This document shows positions 24,413 to 39,100 of a stretch of 64,000 nt of DNA, in pieces (position 1 is the first letter of the stretch; every line of letters starts with the position of its first letter). Source of the DNA: Octopus bimaculoides. Lineage: Eukaryota. The DNA is taken from NCBI RefSeq assembly GCF_001194135.2, contig NC_068991.1:9671153-9735152 (forward strand), in the 5' to 3' direction. The position numbers were made by a program, and so were the translations under genes. The notes beneath the pieces were generated by a model. The model searched no databases. It was not told the DNA's origin and saw nothing but the letters and a program-made list of their open reading frames with translations.

Positions 24413-27400
24413 ATCATCATCATCATCGTTTAACGTCCGCTTTCCATGCTAGCATGGGTTGGACGATTTGACTGAGGACTGGTGAACCAGATGGCTGCAC
24501 CAGGCTCCAATCTGATCTGGCAGAGTTTCTACAGCTGGATGCCCTTNNNNNNNNNNGGACGATTTGACTGAGGACTGGTGAACCAGATGGCTGCACCAGG
24601 CTCCAATCTGATCTGGCAGAGTTTCTACAGCTGGATGCCCTTCCTAACGCCAACCACTCCGAGAGTGTAGTGGGTGCTTTTACGTGCCACCGGCACGAAG
24701 GCCAGTCAGGCGTTACTGGCGATGGCCACGCTCAAAATGGTGTTTTTTTACATACCACCTGCACAGGAGCCAGTCCAGCGGCACTGGCAACGATCTCGCT
24801 TGAATGTCTTTACATGTGCCACCGGCACAAGTACAAGGAAGGCGACGCTGGGCACAGGTGCCATCACGATTTCGCTTGCCCCAGCAGGTCTTCGCAAGCC
24901 GAGTTTCGTGTCCAATGAAGGAGACGATGTTGGCATGGGTGCCAGTCGTCGAATTTAGTTCGATTTCGATTTCACTTGCCTCAACAGGTCTTCGCAAGCG
25001 TAGTTTAGTGTCCAATGAAGGAAGGTACGCATAAGTGGAACCATCTTCAAGGTCGTGGTGGAAGTGAGGGCAACTATAGATCATTGAATGAATATCAGTT
25101 TTTCATTTTACTCAATGTAATATACCATATTTAATGCTATGTAAAATGCACTTTTTAAAAAAAAAAGATCTCGAAAAGTCTGCTCCAGTTCTTTTATGTG
25201 AAGTTGGGTATTCCATAAGCTAATATTGGTTTCAAATTTTGGCACAAGGCCAGCAATTTCGTAGGAGAGGTCAAGTTGATTATATCAGCCCCAGTGTTCA
25301 ACTGGTACTTATTTTATCAACCCCAAAAGGATGAAAGGCAAAGTCAACCATGGCAGAATTTGAACTCAGAACTTAAAGATGGGTGAAATGTCTTGTGTGC
25401 TGATGATTCTGCCATCTTGCCACCTTCTTCCATAAGCTTATATTATATATTTTAATGCTTTAAAAACTATTTTCCTCCTAGATATGGGTTGCTGAAATTG
25501 GGATGTGTCTTATTTTCCTGTGTGTCTTTCATGCCATGAAATATGATATAGATTATACTCTATGCTGAGTAAAATGGAAAAATCATTCATGAGCTTTCAG
25601 TTTAGCAAAATGCTTTTAATTTAGCCAATCGCAACTGTTACACCTAAACCTGGGGTTGATTTGATTGAGTGAACTCTCTTGAGTGATGCCCCTGTATGAT
25701 CGCAGTAAAATGACTGAAACAAGAGTTAAAAGATATGCATGCATGCACACTGTGTGATGGTAACTCCTGAACTCAGCAGTACATCTTGGCTCTTCTATAA
25801 TTAGCAAAAAGGCTTGACGAATAATTATTCATAATTATAAATAATTTGGAGTTGTGTCATTAGCATGAAGTGAAAAATAAAAGAACAAAGGAATTTTCGA
25901 TATGCTTCATTAAATACGATTGGCTCTATTTCACAACTTTACAATTCTCTCTCACAATAAAATACGGTTTCTGTGTTACTCCTTTCATCATGTGAGCCCC
26001 CAAAATCAACCCCCAGTGACCTGTTGACATATATTTTGTTGGGGGACTTATGTTAACTCTTTAGTATTTAAACTGGCCATATTCAGGCCAAATATTCTTA
26101 TTGTTTCATGTTCAAACTGGCCAGATCCAGCCTTTCACACCCATGTTACAATGTCATTCGTAAAATAATCACATCAATTATCAAACATCTCAAAGCTATA
26201 AGATAATGCTTAATTTATTCTACAAAATGTGAATAAATAATCATGACATTTGACAGAACAATCTGGATGCTAAAGGTTTAAAGTAGTGAACTGACAAAAT
26301 TGCTAGAGTGCCAGATTGTCTTGTGGTTTTTGCTCTCCAGATGCAAAAAATCACTGAGATCAACTTTGCCTTTTTGTTTTTGGTTGGTAAAGCACCAGTC
26401 TTGTACTAGGATTCATTCTTCTCCCTCTGGAAGAAATTGGCCCCTGGTGAGGAATGGGCTTCAGTAGGTCTGTCTCTCAACTGGGGTCCATATAGCCCTT
26501 GAAAGTCCATATAAAATTTATGTGCAATGAATTGGTTTTACAATACACAAAATATATATATATTTTTTTTATACAATTCTTAATACTATTTAATTATAAA
26601 AATAATAATGGGACTTTTTAAACATCAAATAGCTATGGAGGTCCAGTAGGGTTAAATAGGAATCAAAGGGGTCAACAGGCAAAAAATGGTTGGGAGCCAC
26701 TGGTCTAAGACATGACAGTAACTCCATCAGAAGTTGAGTCTAATGCCATGCATGTTAGTTTGAATGCGTATGTGTGTAAGGTTAAAAGCAGTTCATCCAA
26801 ACAACGTTCAGTTGGATTTTTTTTTATCAATTGTGTACATCGTTGAGTCTAGAAGGAAAATTCCTGTGATATCTAAAGACAATCAAAGAGAACCGATTGA
26901 TCAAAACCTTGATTAGAATGTAATCCTGTCCGTCTTGTGTCTAAATAAATACGTACATTGATTTTTGTTGCTAACCTGTTAGTGCGATTGTATATTTAGG
27001 TGTGAGAGAAGTGACAATCATTTGAACTTAGTATATATATAAACTGACAAACACTGTGACAACAAACTGCATCCATTAAAAGTAAACAAACATTTGCTAA
27101 TATCTGGCACACTTCAGCAGTACTCAATGGGAAATGCAGTTATCATACATACTTGATTGTGTGTGGGTATATATATATATATATATATACTATGTACAGT
27201 GAATATATTGTCTAAATCATGCTCTAGAATACTTCATCACTGATGTTTCTGGGATGTCAGGGATTTCAGGTCTTTCAACATTAGGCCCACTCGGCCTGCA
27301 TTGATCAAGACCCTGCTTGCATCCTAGTTGCTGCAAACCACTGGGTCTGCCTGGAATCTGTGATCCTCTTATTTGCTGCACCTATAACTCCAAGCCCCGT

Positions 27401-30400
27401 TGGAGCCATATAAAAAAAAAACAAAGAAAGAAAACTTGAATAAATCAAGGTATTTTATAACTGCTAAACACTGATTTCAAATGTTGGCCCAAAGCCAGCA
27501 ATTTTGGGGGAGTGTTCAACTGGTACTTATTTTATTGACCCTGAAAGGATGAAAGGCAAAATTGATCCCTGCAGCAATTGAACTCGGAACATAAAAGTCA
27601 GAAGAATGCTGCTAAGCATTCTTCCTTGTGTGGTGATGATTCTGCCAGCATGCTACCTTAATTAGTTTCAAATTTTGGCACAAGGCCAGTAATTTCAAGG
27701 GAAGGGATAAGTCAACATCAACCCCAGTGCTCAACTTGTACTTACTTCATCGACCCCAAAAAGATGAAAGGCAAAGTCGACCTCGGCGGAATTTGAACTC
27801 AGAACACATGAAATGCTGTTAGGCATTTTGCCCGGCATATTAACAATTCTGCCAGCTTGCTACCTACACAACTGCTGAATATTAGAGTATTGTTTTACTT
27901 TTTACTTTCATTCAAGCAATGCAGTTTGGTGCACTTTGCCAACTTATATGTCGTCATTGTCGTCATCATGTATGTCTGTACCACATAATATGCACAAAGT
28001 TTGAATGATCATCTTAACAATTTTCTTTAACCCATTACCTCCCATAATTCTATTTACTGGAATTTTTTTAATGAAACTTTGATTTCTAGCATAAAACAGC
28101 CTTAGAAACACGCTGGAATGATCAAAATAACATTTTAAATAGAAATAAGCGAGATATTAGGTGAAAAATTAGCAAACCTCATTTGAATATCAGAGAAATA
28201 TACCTAGTAGATATAGCAAAAAGGTTAGATATGTGTAAATATTGACAGATAATTACAAAATTTGTAATTTTTAAGTGATCTCATATGAGATCACTGGTAG
28301 GTAATGGGTTAATCAGCCGTGTAATCCTTGATTATCTCATCCTTAAAATACAAAGTATTGAGTACTTTTATGGCTTTTTTTTTATATCACAATAAATCAA
28401 ACCTAGTACACATGCAGATGACATAAATATTTAGATTATCAGAATACAGAACAAATTATGCCATGGGAATTGTATTTTTTCTTTTTTAGTATTTTTGTAA
28501 CCAAAACTTAGGCTTTTGTGTTTTTTACTTGTGTGTTTTCCTTTGTTTTTGTTTTTTTCTTTTGTGTTGATATCTAAAGCTTATTTATCAGTGACTCCTT
28601 CCGCTACTCCACCTCTTTATATTGATAATTTCCTATTTTTTCTCACCACACTATTATATCACCAGTTTCAACTGGAGGTCAACATACTTTCCATACATCT
28701 TGTTTTGCTAGTTTTTTTTTTGTTTGTGTTTTTAAGAGCTCTTGAGAACTCTTCTAGATAACCTTTGGGGTTTTCCTCTTCTTATCTAACCTCTTCATTG
28801 ATCTCAAATATCAAAGGAACTTCTTCACTTTAGAGATTTAGTTTTGATTGGTTGTTTTTAATAAGATTGCATGTAATTTGTTTTTAGCAGGTTATTAATC
28901 TTCCTTTTTAGAGATGAAACAAATGAAATTGGTGGCTTTGGATAAAGAAGGCAGACCCAGTGGTTTGCAGCAACTACGATACAAGCAGGGTCTTGATCAA
29001 CACAGGCTGAGTGTCTAATGTTGAAAGACCCAAAACCCCTCAGATTCCAGAAATATCACTGATGAAGCATTCCAGTGTGTCTGTGAGATGTATCTCGGAA
29101 CTAAAATACAATAATTCATGAGGTGCACGTAGAAGAGCAAAAATCCAATCAATAGTGTACCTTTTCATTCTTAACATTCTCTGATAGATTTAACCATAAA
29201 TATTTGATCACCGTTGTGCTTGACATCAGCAGACAAACTTCTGCCATACTACCTGGATAGATTTGATCTCATATCATCATCTCTATTCACTGATGCATGC
29301 ACACATGCATTATATTTGTGGAATATAATGGAGAAGATAAATAGAATTTGCATGAATATAATTGTAGGTACAGGCATTGCTGTGTGGTAAGAAGTTTGTT
29401 TCCCAACCACATAGCTCTGAGTTCAGTCCCATTCTATGGCACCTTGTGCAGTGTCTTCTGCAATAGCTCTAGACCAGTCAGTTTTGCGAGTAGATTTGGT
29501 AGGCGGAAACTGAAAGAAGCCATTTGTGCATGTTACTGCCTTGACATGATGTGATGGTTGTCAATAAATGTCTCCATTCAGCAGGCAGTGTCCTGCATTT
29601 CCAGTCTTCTGTGCACATCCAGGAATAAGACACTTGATGGACACACTCTTAGACCTGTGGAGCCAATGTCCTCATTCTCTTAGACAAGGCCAACTGGCAG
29701 CATTGTTAGCACGCCAGTCAAAATACTTAGTGGTATTCCATCTATCTTTATGGCTTGAGTTCCAATTCCGCTGAGGTTGACTTTGCCTTTCATCCTTTCG
29801 GGGTTGATAAATTAAGTACCAGTTGAATACTGGGGTGAATGTGATCAATTTACTCCTTCCCTACAAATTCCAGGCCTTGTGCCTATAGCAGAAAGGATTG
29901 TTATTATTATTATGGCAGAATAATTATCACTCTGGACAAAATGCTTAGGGGAATTTCTTCCAGTTTTACATTCTGGGTTCAACTTCCATGAAGGTCAGCT
30001 TTGCTTTTATCAACTTTTGCTGGTAAATAAAAATAAGTATCAGTTGAACACTGAGATTTAGATGAATGGCTTCCATCTCCCGCTGAAGATTTCTGGCCTT
30101 GTGCCAAAAAAAATTAGGAAGAATTCTGATGATGATGATAATTATGAGAAATAGGTTTTTAACTTCATTATTAATATAAACAAAAATCTATTTACAGCTT
30201 CCCCCCCTCCAAAAAAAAAACTGACAAACAAACCAAAACCAAATTTCCTGCAGATTAACTCTGCGTGGAATTAGATTTTTCTGTTTTTTTGAGCATGAAG
30301 AAAACAAACAAAAGTAAACAAGAAAAAGTGAACAAAACAAAAACCCAATTTCCCGTCACCACCACCACCACCAAATACTTTTGTCACACAGCTGAAGTTT

Positions 30401-32521
30401 GGTAATTACCCCCCCCCCCNNNNNNNNNNNNNNNNNNNNTTTTCTCTAATTTCAAAATTATATATATATATATATAATTATATACCATCTGTTATTTTGA
30501 AGTTGAGGATGTTGCTTGTGAAGGCACAGGAGTTTGTTCAACTAGAGGTTGTAGGGTCAATCCTAGATGAAGCTTTGTCGTATACGACCCCCTTCAGTCA
30601 TAAAAATGACCGTGGGATTGCACCTAGAAAGTTACCCTCTGAGGCACAAGTCCAGGCAAGGCTGTTTATGGAAGACCAGTAGTCATCCATGAACACCACC
30701 CTCCCCTCTCCACACCACTGATGCTATCCAAGGGAAAGGCAAAGGCCGATACAGTTTGGCACCACTGATGCTGCAACTCATTTCTACAGCTGAGTGAACT
30801 GGAGCAACGTGAAATAAAGTGTCTTGCTCAAGAACACAACACACAGCTCAGTTCTGGAATCGAACTCACGACCTCATGATTGTGAGCCTACTGCTCTAAC
30901 CACTGAGCCACGCTCCTTTGAGATATATACATATATATATCTATATATATATAGATAGATATACATGCACACACACACACAAACACACACAGAGATGTGC
31001 TTGTATACGTGTGTGTGTGTGTGTGGATAGATACATAATGGGCTTCCACACAGTTTCTGTCTACCTAATTCTGTCACAAGCCATTGGTTAACCCAGGGTT
31101 ATAATGGTAGACACGTGCTCAAGTTGCTGAGCAGTGGGACTGAACCAGAAACCCCCAACATTGCAAAGTAAGCTTCTTAAACCACCACATAGCTGCAAAA
31201 TAAACTTCCTAACATGTCCATGTCCTTAATGTAACAGCTGTGCAGCACGGAATCATAAGTTGATCCCAAATGATCCTATAAGCTATTTACAGTCCAACCA
31301 GACCAGACCAGATCAGACCAGCCATGCTGCTGTTGACTACGACTGTTGACAGCCCATGTATTAGATTTTGCGGTGGAATCAGTGTTGCTATAGGGCCAGT
31401 TGTTATGAGAGAAAACAAATCTGGTGTTTGCAGTGAAAGCTGTAATAGAGTGGGGTGTGTGCAGCTTAGCTCACTTATCAAGACTGGATGTTTGACAAGT
31501 GGTTTTGCAGCTTATAGGAGATTTCAGTTAGTGAACAGCCAAGTTGCACTTTGCACACGTTTGGTATACTGCTGGACGATGTCTTACTATGGTTTGCTAT
31601 GGCTGTAAAGAAAAATATATATAGTGTAATCAGTGTGTGTGTGTGTGTGTGTGTAAAATTGATGAAGGTTGGTGATAAAAAGGGCCAAATGTCTTTCCCA
31701 TTGCCAAAGCTAAACTGTGATGGTATGGTGAAATGGACATTGAATAAATGAGCATATATTTATGCATGTGTGCATATATACATCTGTGTGTGTGTGTGTG
31801 TGTATGTATATATATATATATATATAAATTCACATAGATGTATGCATTTGGTTATATGTGTGTATGTATGCATATGTGTAGGTATACATGCATACAAATA
31901 ATCACATGTATCTAAGAATAGTCAGGTAGTGTCTTGGCTAATTTCCAGAAGTGTACCTCACAGGATGTTGTCCTATGCCCTCTGCTTGCGAAACTTGAGT
32001 AAACCTGTTAAAGAAATCTCATTCATGACAGCAGGTGGTTTTATACATCGCATTGCAGTTACATATGTTATTTCCTGCAATCCATTTCAATGTATGTTTT
32101 GTATAATTAAGACAAACTTCAGCTAAGGATGCTCCACATATGATGTGGGCAGTAATAGTAAAAGAGACAAGCGTTTGTTAGAAGCTTGCATGCCTGCCTT
32201 ACCATGTGTCTTTTGTGTCTGACATGTGGTATATTGCTCACCAGTTCAGGTTACATAATTAGGAGCAAAGAGTTGGGTAAACTCTGAGCAAACTTGAAAT
32301 AAACCTTTTATGAAGATTCTTAAATAAACAATGCATTTTTTCCTTTCTTGTATCTAAGTTTTGTAGCTGTAAAGTTCAGATGAATGGAACAAGGGTGAAG
32401 TATATTGCTAGTGGTCCCTTAGTCAGGGCTTTGCACATGGGAAACTTGTTATTCAATGCTCACATGTTGTTCTCATTGGGAGTCCGTGTGTGTGTATGTA
32501 TACCTCCCCACTCACTGGGAG

Positions 32522-32578
<57 letters not shown>

Positions 32579-33397
32579 ACTACCAAGAACTGCTCTGTGT
32601 GCCTTGGGTTAATGCTGTGGTTTGTTGTGGTGCTCTTATTTTCACTGTATTGAAAGTGTTTTATGTAGGATGTGTGCAGTGCCTAGTAGTGCTTCTTTTT
32701 TGTATGTTATATATACTTGTTAGTCCTACTGTTTTGTTATGTATTTGTCTGAATGGTTTTTTTTATCACACCTAATGCACGTACTATAATAGGAATTGTT
32801 TGTTTTTAGACTCCACATTCGAGTTACCTCTATTTCCAGATCCTTCTATTTTGAAAGTTTTTCCATTTCTTTTCGAGAAATGTTGTCATCTGTTGGTATT
32901 GATACATCAATTAGAAAGCATTTTTTTCTTGGTGATCTCTGACAACTATATCCAGCTTATTGGCCTTAATTTCTCTATCTGTGTGTATTGGCATATCCCA
33001 GAGTATGGTTGCTTTCTCATTTTCTGTGACCTTTTCTGGCGTGTGCCTATACCATCTTTTTTCTGTTATTTATTTTGGTATTTCATAGTGTTGGCATAGC
33101 TTCCAGTGTATATAGGTCCCAACTCTGTCATGTCTGTGAATATATTCCTTCTTAGCCAGGACTGGGCAACCAGAGACAATACAATTTGTTGTTTCTTCTC
33201 CATCTCCATATATCCTGCAGTTACCTGTATTTCTTTTCATTGCAAGTTTTTGGTGATTTCTGATGGGAAGGCTTTGGTCTTGTGCGGCAATTAAAAATCC
33301 TTCAGTCTCTACTTTAAGCCCTGAGCTTCTCAGCCATTGTTGGGATTTTGCTTTGTCTATTTCTTTTCTGTTTAGTTTAACCCAGTATTTGCCATGA

Positions 33398-33431
<34 letters not shown>

Positions 33432-34893
33432 TTGTTGGCTTTGCCACAGCAGTACAGTGCAGTGCAAAATCTAAAACCAGATTATCATATAATCCAGATA
33501 TTGGTGAGTTGATCTTAAAAAAAGTTTTAAACAGCTAAATATAGGATAACACATATTGTTATGTAGCCACAAATAAGTCCTGATCTAGTTCTTTCTTACA
33601 GCAACCAGCTAGTTGTAGTAACATAGCCTGCGGTAAGCCCTAATCAAGATATCCCTGGTAAAGCCGTTCTAAACTATGCAATTAACAGGTCAAGTGATGA
33701 GGCATTATTCACAGATCTTTTTTTCAGTTCTTCCATGCCTTCTAGCTTAGGAACCATTCTATGCTCTCTAATATGCAATGACTTATCAATATTGGATGCA
33801 GTGTGAAATCCTAGACTTATTTCATTCTATTTCTTGTACACCCATAGAATTTTGGTGGTGACCAAAGTGAGTTGAACAAGGTAAACTCTCAGAACACTAT
33901 AGTTGTTGTTCTTCTGAACTTATGGGTGGTGTGTATCCCATCACTGTTTTTTTTTTTTTCTGTGTGGCTATTGATATTTTGTATGTGTTTGTGCATGTTC
34001 TATTTGTTTAGTAGAGCAGTGTGAGAGAGATGTTTTTAGGACATTATTGTAGTAGTAGTAGTAGTAGTAGTAGTAGTACATCAAAGATGTGTGTCAGTGT
34101 TTAGAGATAGTTTTTTTTTTTTTGTAAGCTTGTAAGCATTAAGTCTTTGCTGTAGAAACATACTGTTTCTTGCATTTCTCGGTAGATATTTTTTTTAACG
34201 TTTTCTACTACAGCCAGGTTGCCCTAGGCCATAGTTTGATATCTGCCCTTCTTCCCACTCAGTACTAAGGCTGGAGTCGTGTGGTTCTAAAATAAACTTC
34301 GTGATCACACAGCCATGCTTCTGCTAAACATGTGCGCATGCACACACACACACACACACACACACACTGTTGGAAAATGAAAATTTTACTGAACATTATT
34401 ATTTGGAAATTCTTGTTTCCTCTCTTATATATCAATCCATGCCAGCATAATTGGCAGAGCATGGCAAAACCAATAGACCATCGATCTTTATGGTATTGAG
34501 TTTTATTCTGATTATATGCTTTTATGCCCTGGTCAACTTTTGCCTTTCACCTTCCATGAGGTCAATAAAATAAGTTGTAAATAGAAAGCACAAGAGTTGC
34601 TAGGTGAATGTAATCAATTTAAACCTTGGAAGTTGGTGCCTCAGTTATGGCATGACCACAGTCCAGAAGCTGGAAACAGTGAAAGAACAATTCTCTTCCT
34701 ATCTCTCTCACCTATTTTCAATATATATTTAATCTCTCAGTGCAAACAGATCCTATTCAGGATGCAGAAAAAGAAAGATTAGAAGGAGGCTCTCAGCTTG
34801 ATATTGAGAAAAAAATCAGAATATTTATTGGCAACGTGTACTAATTAACTGGTGTTGAAACTGTGTATATATATGTGTATATGTATATATGTG

Positions 34894-34943
<50 letters not shown>

Positions 34944-36098
34944 TAAAGCTATAAATACATTTACAATAAATCTTGACAGCTTGGCTTAATATTGATTTAT
35001 TAAGTTTATAAATGTTAATTTATTTACTTAACTATACCAGACTCATTGACACACTACTTTAGCGTGTGTGTGTACTTGCTACATATACACTCACAAAGTA
35101 AATGTCTCTACATATGTAAACAGAGGACAGACTTAAGTAGGATGATCTCAGGTCTCCACAAAGGAAATAACTGGATGAACTCGGGAAGACACAAGAGGTG
35201 CTGCTGTCAGCTCTCATAAGAGGTAAAAATGAGACAGGGGATGTGGGTAATCAGCATTTGTGATGATATACTAATCTGGGTGCTGAGTGCAGGGTGAGGG
35301 AAAATGTACTTTTAACTAGCTCTGTGTGATTGTGTTCACGTGTGCACGCACACGCATACACACACACGTGGCTCTTTCTGTCTTCAAGCCAACAAGAGAA
35401 ACTTTAGTGGACTTATTAATTAAAAACTGCAACCATATTCTCATCAAACCCTAGTATCATTAAAGTGGAGGGGGCATTAAAAGGATAGAAGACCATGATG
35501 GATAATTTAGTTTTAAGTATATTGCTTTTTTGTTTTTGTTTTTTAGTAGTGTTTTAGTCTTTAGTTATGGCCATGCTGGTCTATTACCTTCAAAGGTTTA
35601 CATTTGTTTTTTGTTTTTTTGATTTTTCTAGATTTTTTTTCTTTTTTGTCTAAAAATCAGACGCAATGGTCACAGCTGGAACGCATCGATTGTTTGTAGA
35701 CTTGTCTGTCTGCTGACATATGTATTGTAACAACTCAGATTCTAGGTTTCATCCTCCAGCATGGGCTTCTTGGGAAAGTTTTCTACTATAGCTTTGAGTT
35801 GATGAATATCATGTAAAAAGAGATGGACACTGTCCAGAAGCCTGCCGTGATATATCATCATCATCGTTTTAATGTCCACTTTCTCTATGCTTACATGGAT
35901 CAGTTGGAATTTGTTGAGGCAAATTTTTCTATACCTAGATCCCCTTCCTGTTGTCAACCTTCACCTTTTTCTAAGCAAGCTAACATCTCCCCTGTAGCCA
36001 GACATGTTTTCACTGAAGACTGGAAATAAAGGACACCACTTGTATGATGGTGACACTTGTTTACAACTATCATCCAATGTCAAAACAAGGAGGCTCAT

Positions 36099-36155
<57 letters not shown>

Positions 36156-39100
36156 ATCGTGTTATACTAAGATGCAATGCATGGTACCTGAATTTTCAAC
36201 CCTAGTCAAATATAACAAACTCTTCCTAATCATCATCAAAGCGTCCTCATAAGTGTAATTAAGACTGGCTAATTTGTACTGGCACCGAGTCATATTAGTT
36301 AACGATATTTCTGTATCTATCTATCCATATTTAGACACATACACACACACATGGCTTCTTTTCAGTTTGTGTCTACCAAATCCACTCAGATTAGCCTGGG
36401 GGTGATAGTTGAAGGCACACATCCACAGTGCCATGCAGTGGGGCTGAACACAAAATCATGCAGTTGGGAAGCAAGCTTGTTGACAACACAGTCATGCTGG
36501 CAAAAAGATAAACAGTAAGAAGGAGGATTGCTGATAAAGTGTTGTGTTGAACACACACACATACACACACATTTAAAATGGTGATTATGTAAAGAAAAAA
36601 ATGTCTTCTCAACCCAGGATGACCCAGTATTTAAGAGCAACAAACACAAAGCTTTATGAGTTTATTTTTATGCATGTGCTTAAAAAACAAAACAAAACAA
36701 AGACTCTACGTCTCCTGATTACATTGCAACATGTTTTTATAGTCTCTGATGGTATCAAGGCAACTATCTTTTAATATTTCCTTCTTCGTTTTTGTTTTTA
36801 ATCTTCTGCATTTTACCTGTGATATGTAGTCTACTAATAAACATAAGCTAGTAGTGTTTGGTACCATGTCGTTCTATTTATTCCTTGTCTCTCCACTCTC
36901 CATATTCTCTTTTACCAAAGCTCTTTTCCTCTTTAAAAAAAAAAAGAAAATGGTGTAGTGTTACTTGAGCAGTTGATACACCTGAATATTAGATTAGACT
37001 AGCTGGATGTGAAACCTAGCTTTTGCTAGCAAGCTTGTTTTCTGCTATGTCACTAACATACCAAAGTGATTAAAAAAAAATAATATCATTTACATACACA
37101 CGCACAAGCATACACATGTGGTAACCAGATGGCTGAATTGGTAGAGCATCAAATACAATGATACCTTGTGTGGTGTTTGGTTACTTACATTCTGAATTCA
37201 AATCCTACACAGGTGTGACTTTATTTTTTATTCTTCTGAGGTTGGCAAACTAATGACTTGACAATGGATCAATCAATTTAATTGAAGAAAAGAAATAGAA
37301 TTTGACATTTAACACCTTTTCAAATAATGGTTGGGATTTGTGCATCGGTGCTTTGAACTTGCACCAAAGTTTCCTTTGGTCTAGTTCCTACAGAGAATGG
37401 ACCACAGGGAGTCTCTACAAAGTAGCTTGACCTGCTAGAAATATCAGCTAAATCTGTTTAAAATTAGAAACACAGTAGCTACATTGCATAATGTCCTTGT
37501 AAGTAATAGCTGGGCTGGAATGCTTTCAATTAATTAAAAATCTGCTTGATAGGATCTTATCAACAATATGTCCCTGAGAAAATACTAGAAAGAGAGGGAG
37601 CATATTAAACCAGCTGTTGGTTTAAGCAGGCTACATGAGACATGGCTCATTAACAGGCACGCTGAACTACTGAAAAACTTCATGGTAATCTTTCATTAGG
37701 GATGCCATTCAGAAACCTTCATGGGTCACAGATTGTCCACGACTGTATTAAATCAATGTCTGTCAACCAATTTCCTTGTCCCGTATTCTGCCCCCACCTA
37801 CCACTTTACTGTTCTGATTCCCTCCCACGCAAGATTACAAAAAGGTGGTCCTGTATATATCAACACAGTTTTGTATATAGGCTTTGGATGGTTTTAATGA
37901 GTCTAGGACATTTACCCCACCATGGATAATAACACCCCCAAGGGCAATTACCCCTGAAATCAACAGATGATGATTTAAAACTGCTTAATATATTGGAGAG
38001 CGAGTAATTAACCAAGCGGGGGAATTGTCCTAGGGGTGTAATTGTCCTGATATGGGGTTTTAATACCATGATCTGGTGGCACCTTGCCTGCCTTCAGCAG
38101 AGTCCTCTCTGTTGTATGCATTCAAATAAGCTCTCTCGTTTGAGGATATCTTCTTCCCTCTGTCCTTGGATACAGGGAGGAAGATGTTCTTGGAGGCTCT
38201 GTAAAGGGGTATGGATACTGCCTTTCCCTCTGGTTGTGTGGTTATGAAGCTCATTTTGCAACCACATGGTTTCAGCTTCAGTCCTAGTGTGTGGCACCTA
38301 GGATGACAGTCTTCTATAGCCCAAGGCCAACCTTTAATTTGTGAGTGAATTTAGTAGAGGGGAAACTCAAATAGTAAGTTATGATTTAAGGCCAGTTTGA
38401 CTGTTATTTCTAGTAGTCCATGTACCTTAACATTTAATGTAATCTCTGTCTATAATTCTGTCACCTCTCTCTCTCTCTTTACCCCTCTTTTATCTTGTTC
38501 CAATTCTCTCAAAATCTTTCTAAAACTCTCTCTCTCCAAACCCTTTTTCCTCATTCTCTTTCCAATTTTGGCTCTCTCTCTCTCTCTCCCTCTCCATAAC
38601 TCTGTCTTTCTCTTCATAACTCTCTATACCTCTCTTCCTAACTCCATAACTCTCTTTCGTTACAGGGTGGAAATAACGCAGGCCACACCGTAGTTGTCGA
38701 TGATGTCGTTTATGATTTCCATCTGTTGCCAAGTGGAATAATTCATCCAACATGTGATGTCATTATAGGTGAGTAATATGTCTTCTCATGTAGCATTGCC
38801 AAGGTTTCAGCACTAATCCTATTCTGGTTCTCTCCTCACTACTTAAGTAAATACACTGAATTCTATATTTTACTGAGTCAGATGGAAAGATGTCAGAAGT
38901 TGTCTTTCCTCACTTCCGAAAATATTCAATTATTGACTAAATATTTTCTCAATATTAAAAATGTCCACCACAATTTTATGTTAATCATTCCTATGTTTTA
39001 ATTGGAGATGTCTGATTAATAAATATCTTTAAACCTTGAATTACAATGACATTTGGTATCTAGAGTAACTGCTTGTGCATAATCTATATACACAGATCCA

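Noticed and set aside
24461-24642. Exact 86-bp direct duplication inside the family D copy
   Set aside because: The two copies are identical and flank a 10-N gap: an unmerged contig overlap.
31324-31608. 94-aa ORF in intron 1
   Set aside because: No motif, no splice support, and Cys/Val-rich like non-coding TG-rich DNA.
32380-32775. ORFs with [18 protein letters not shown] or YIYIYI runs, here and throughout the window
   Set aside because: They are translations of (GT)n, (CA)n, (CT)n and (TA)n microsatellites.
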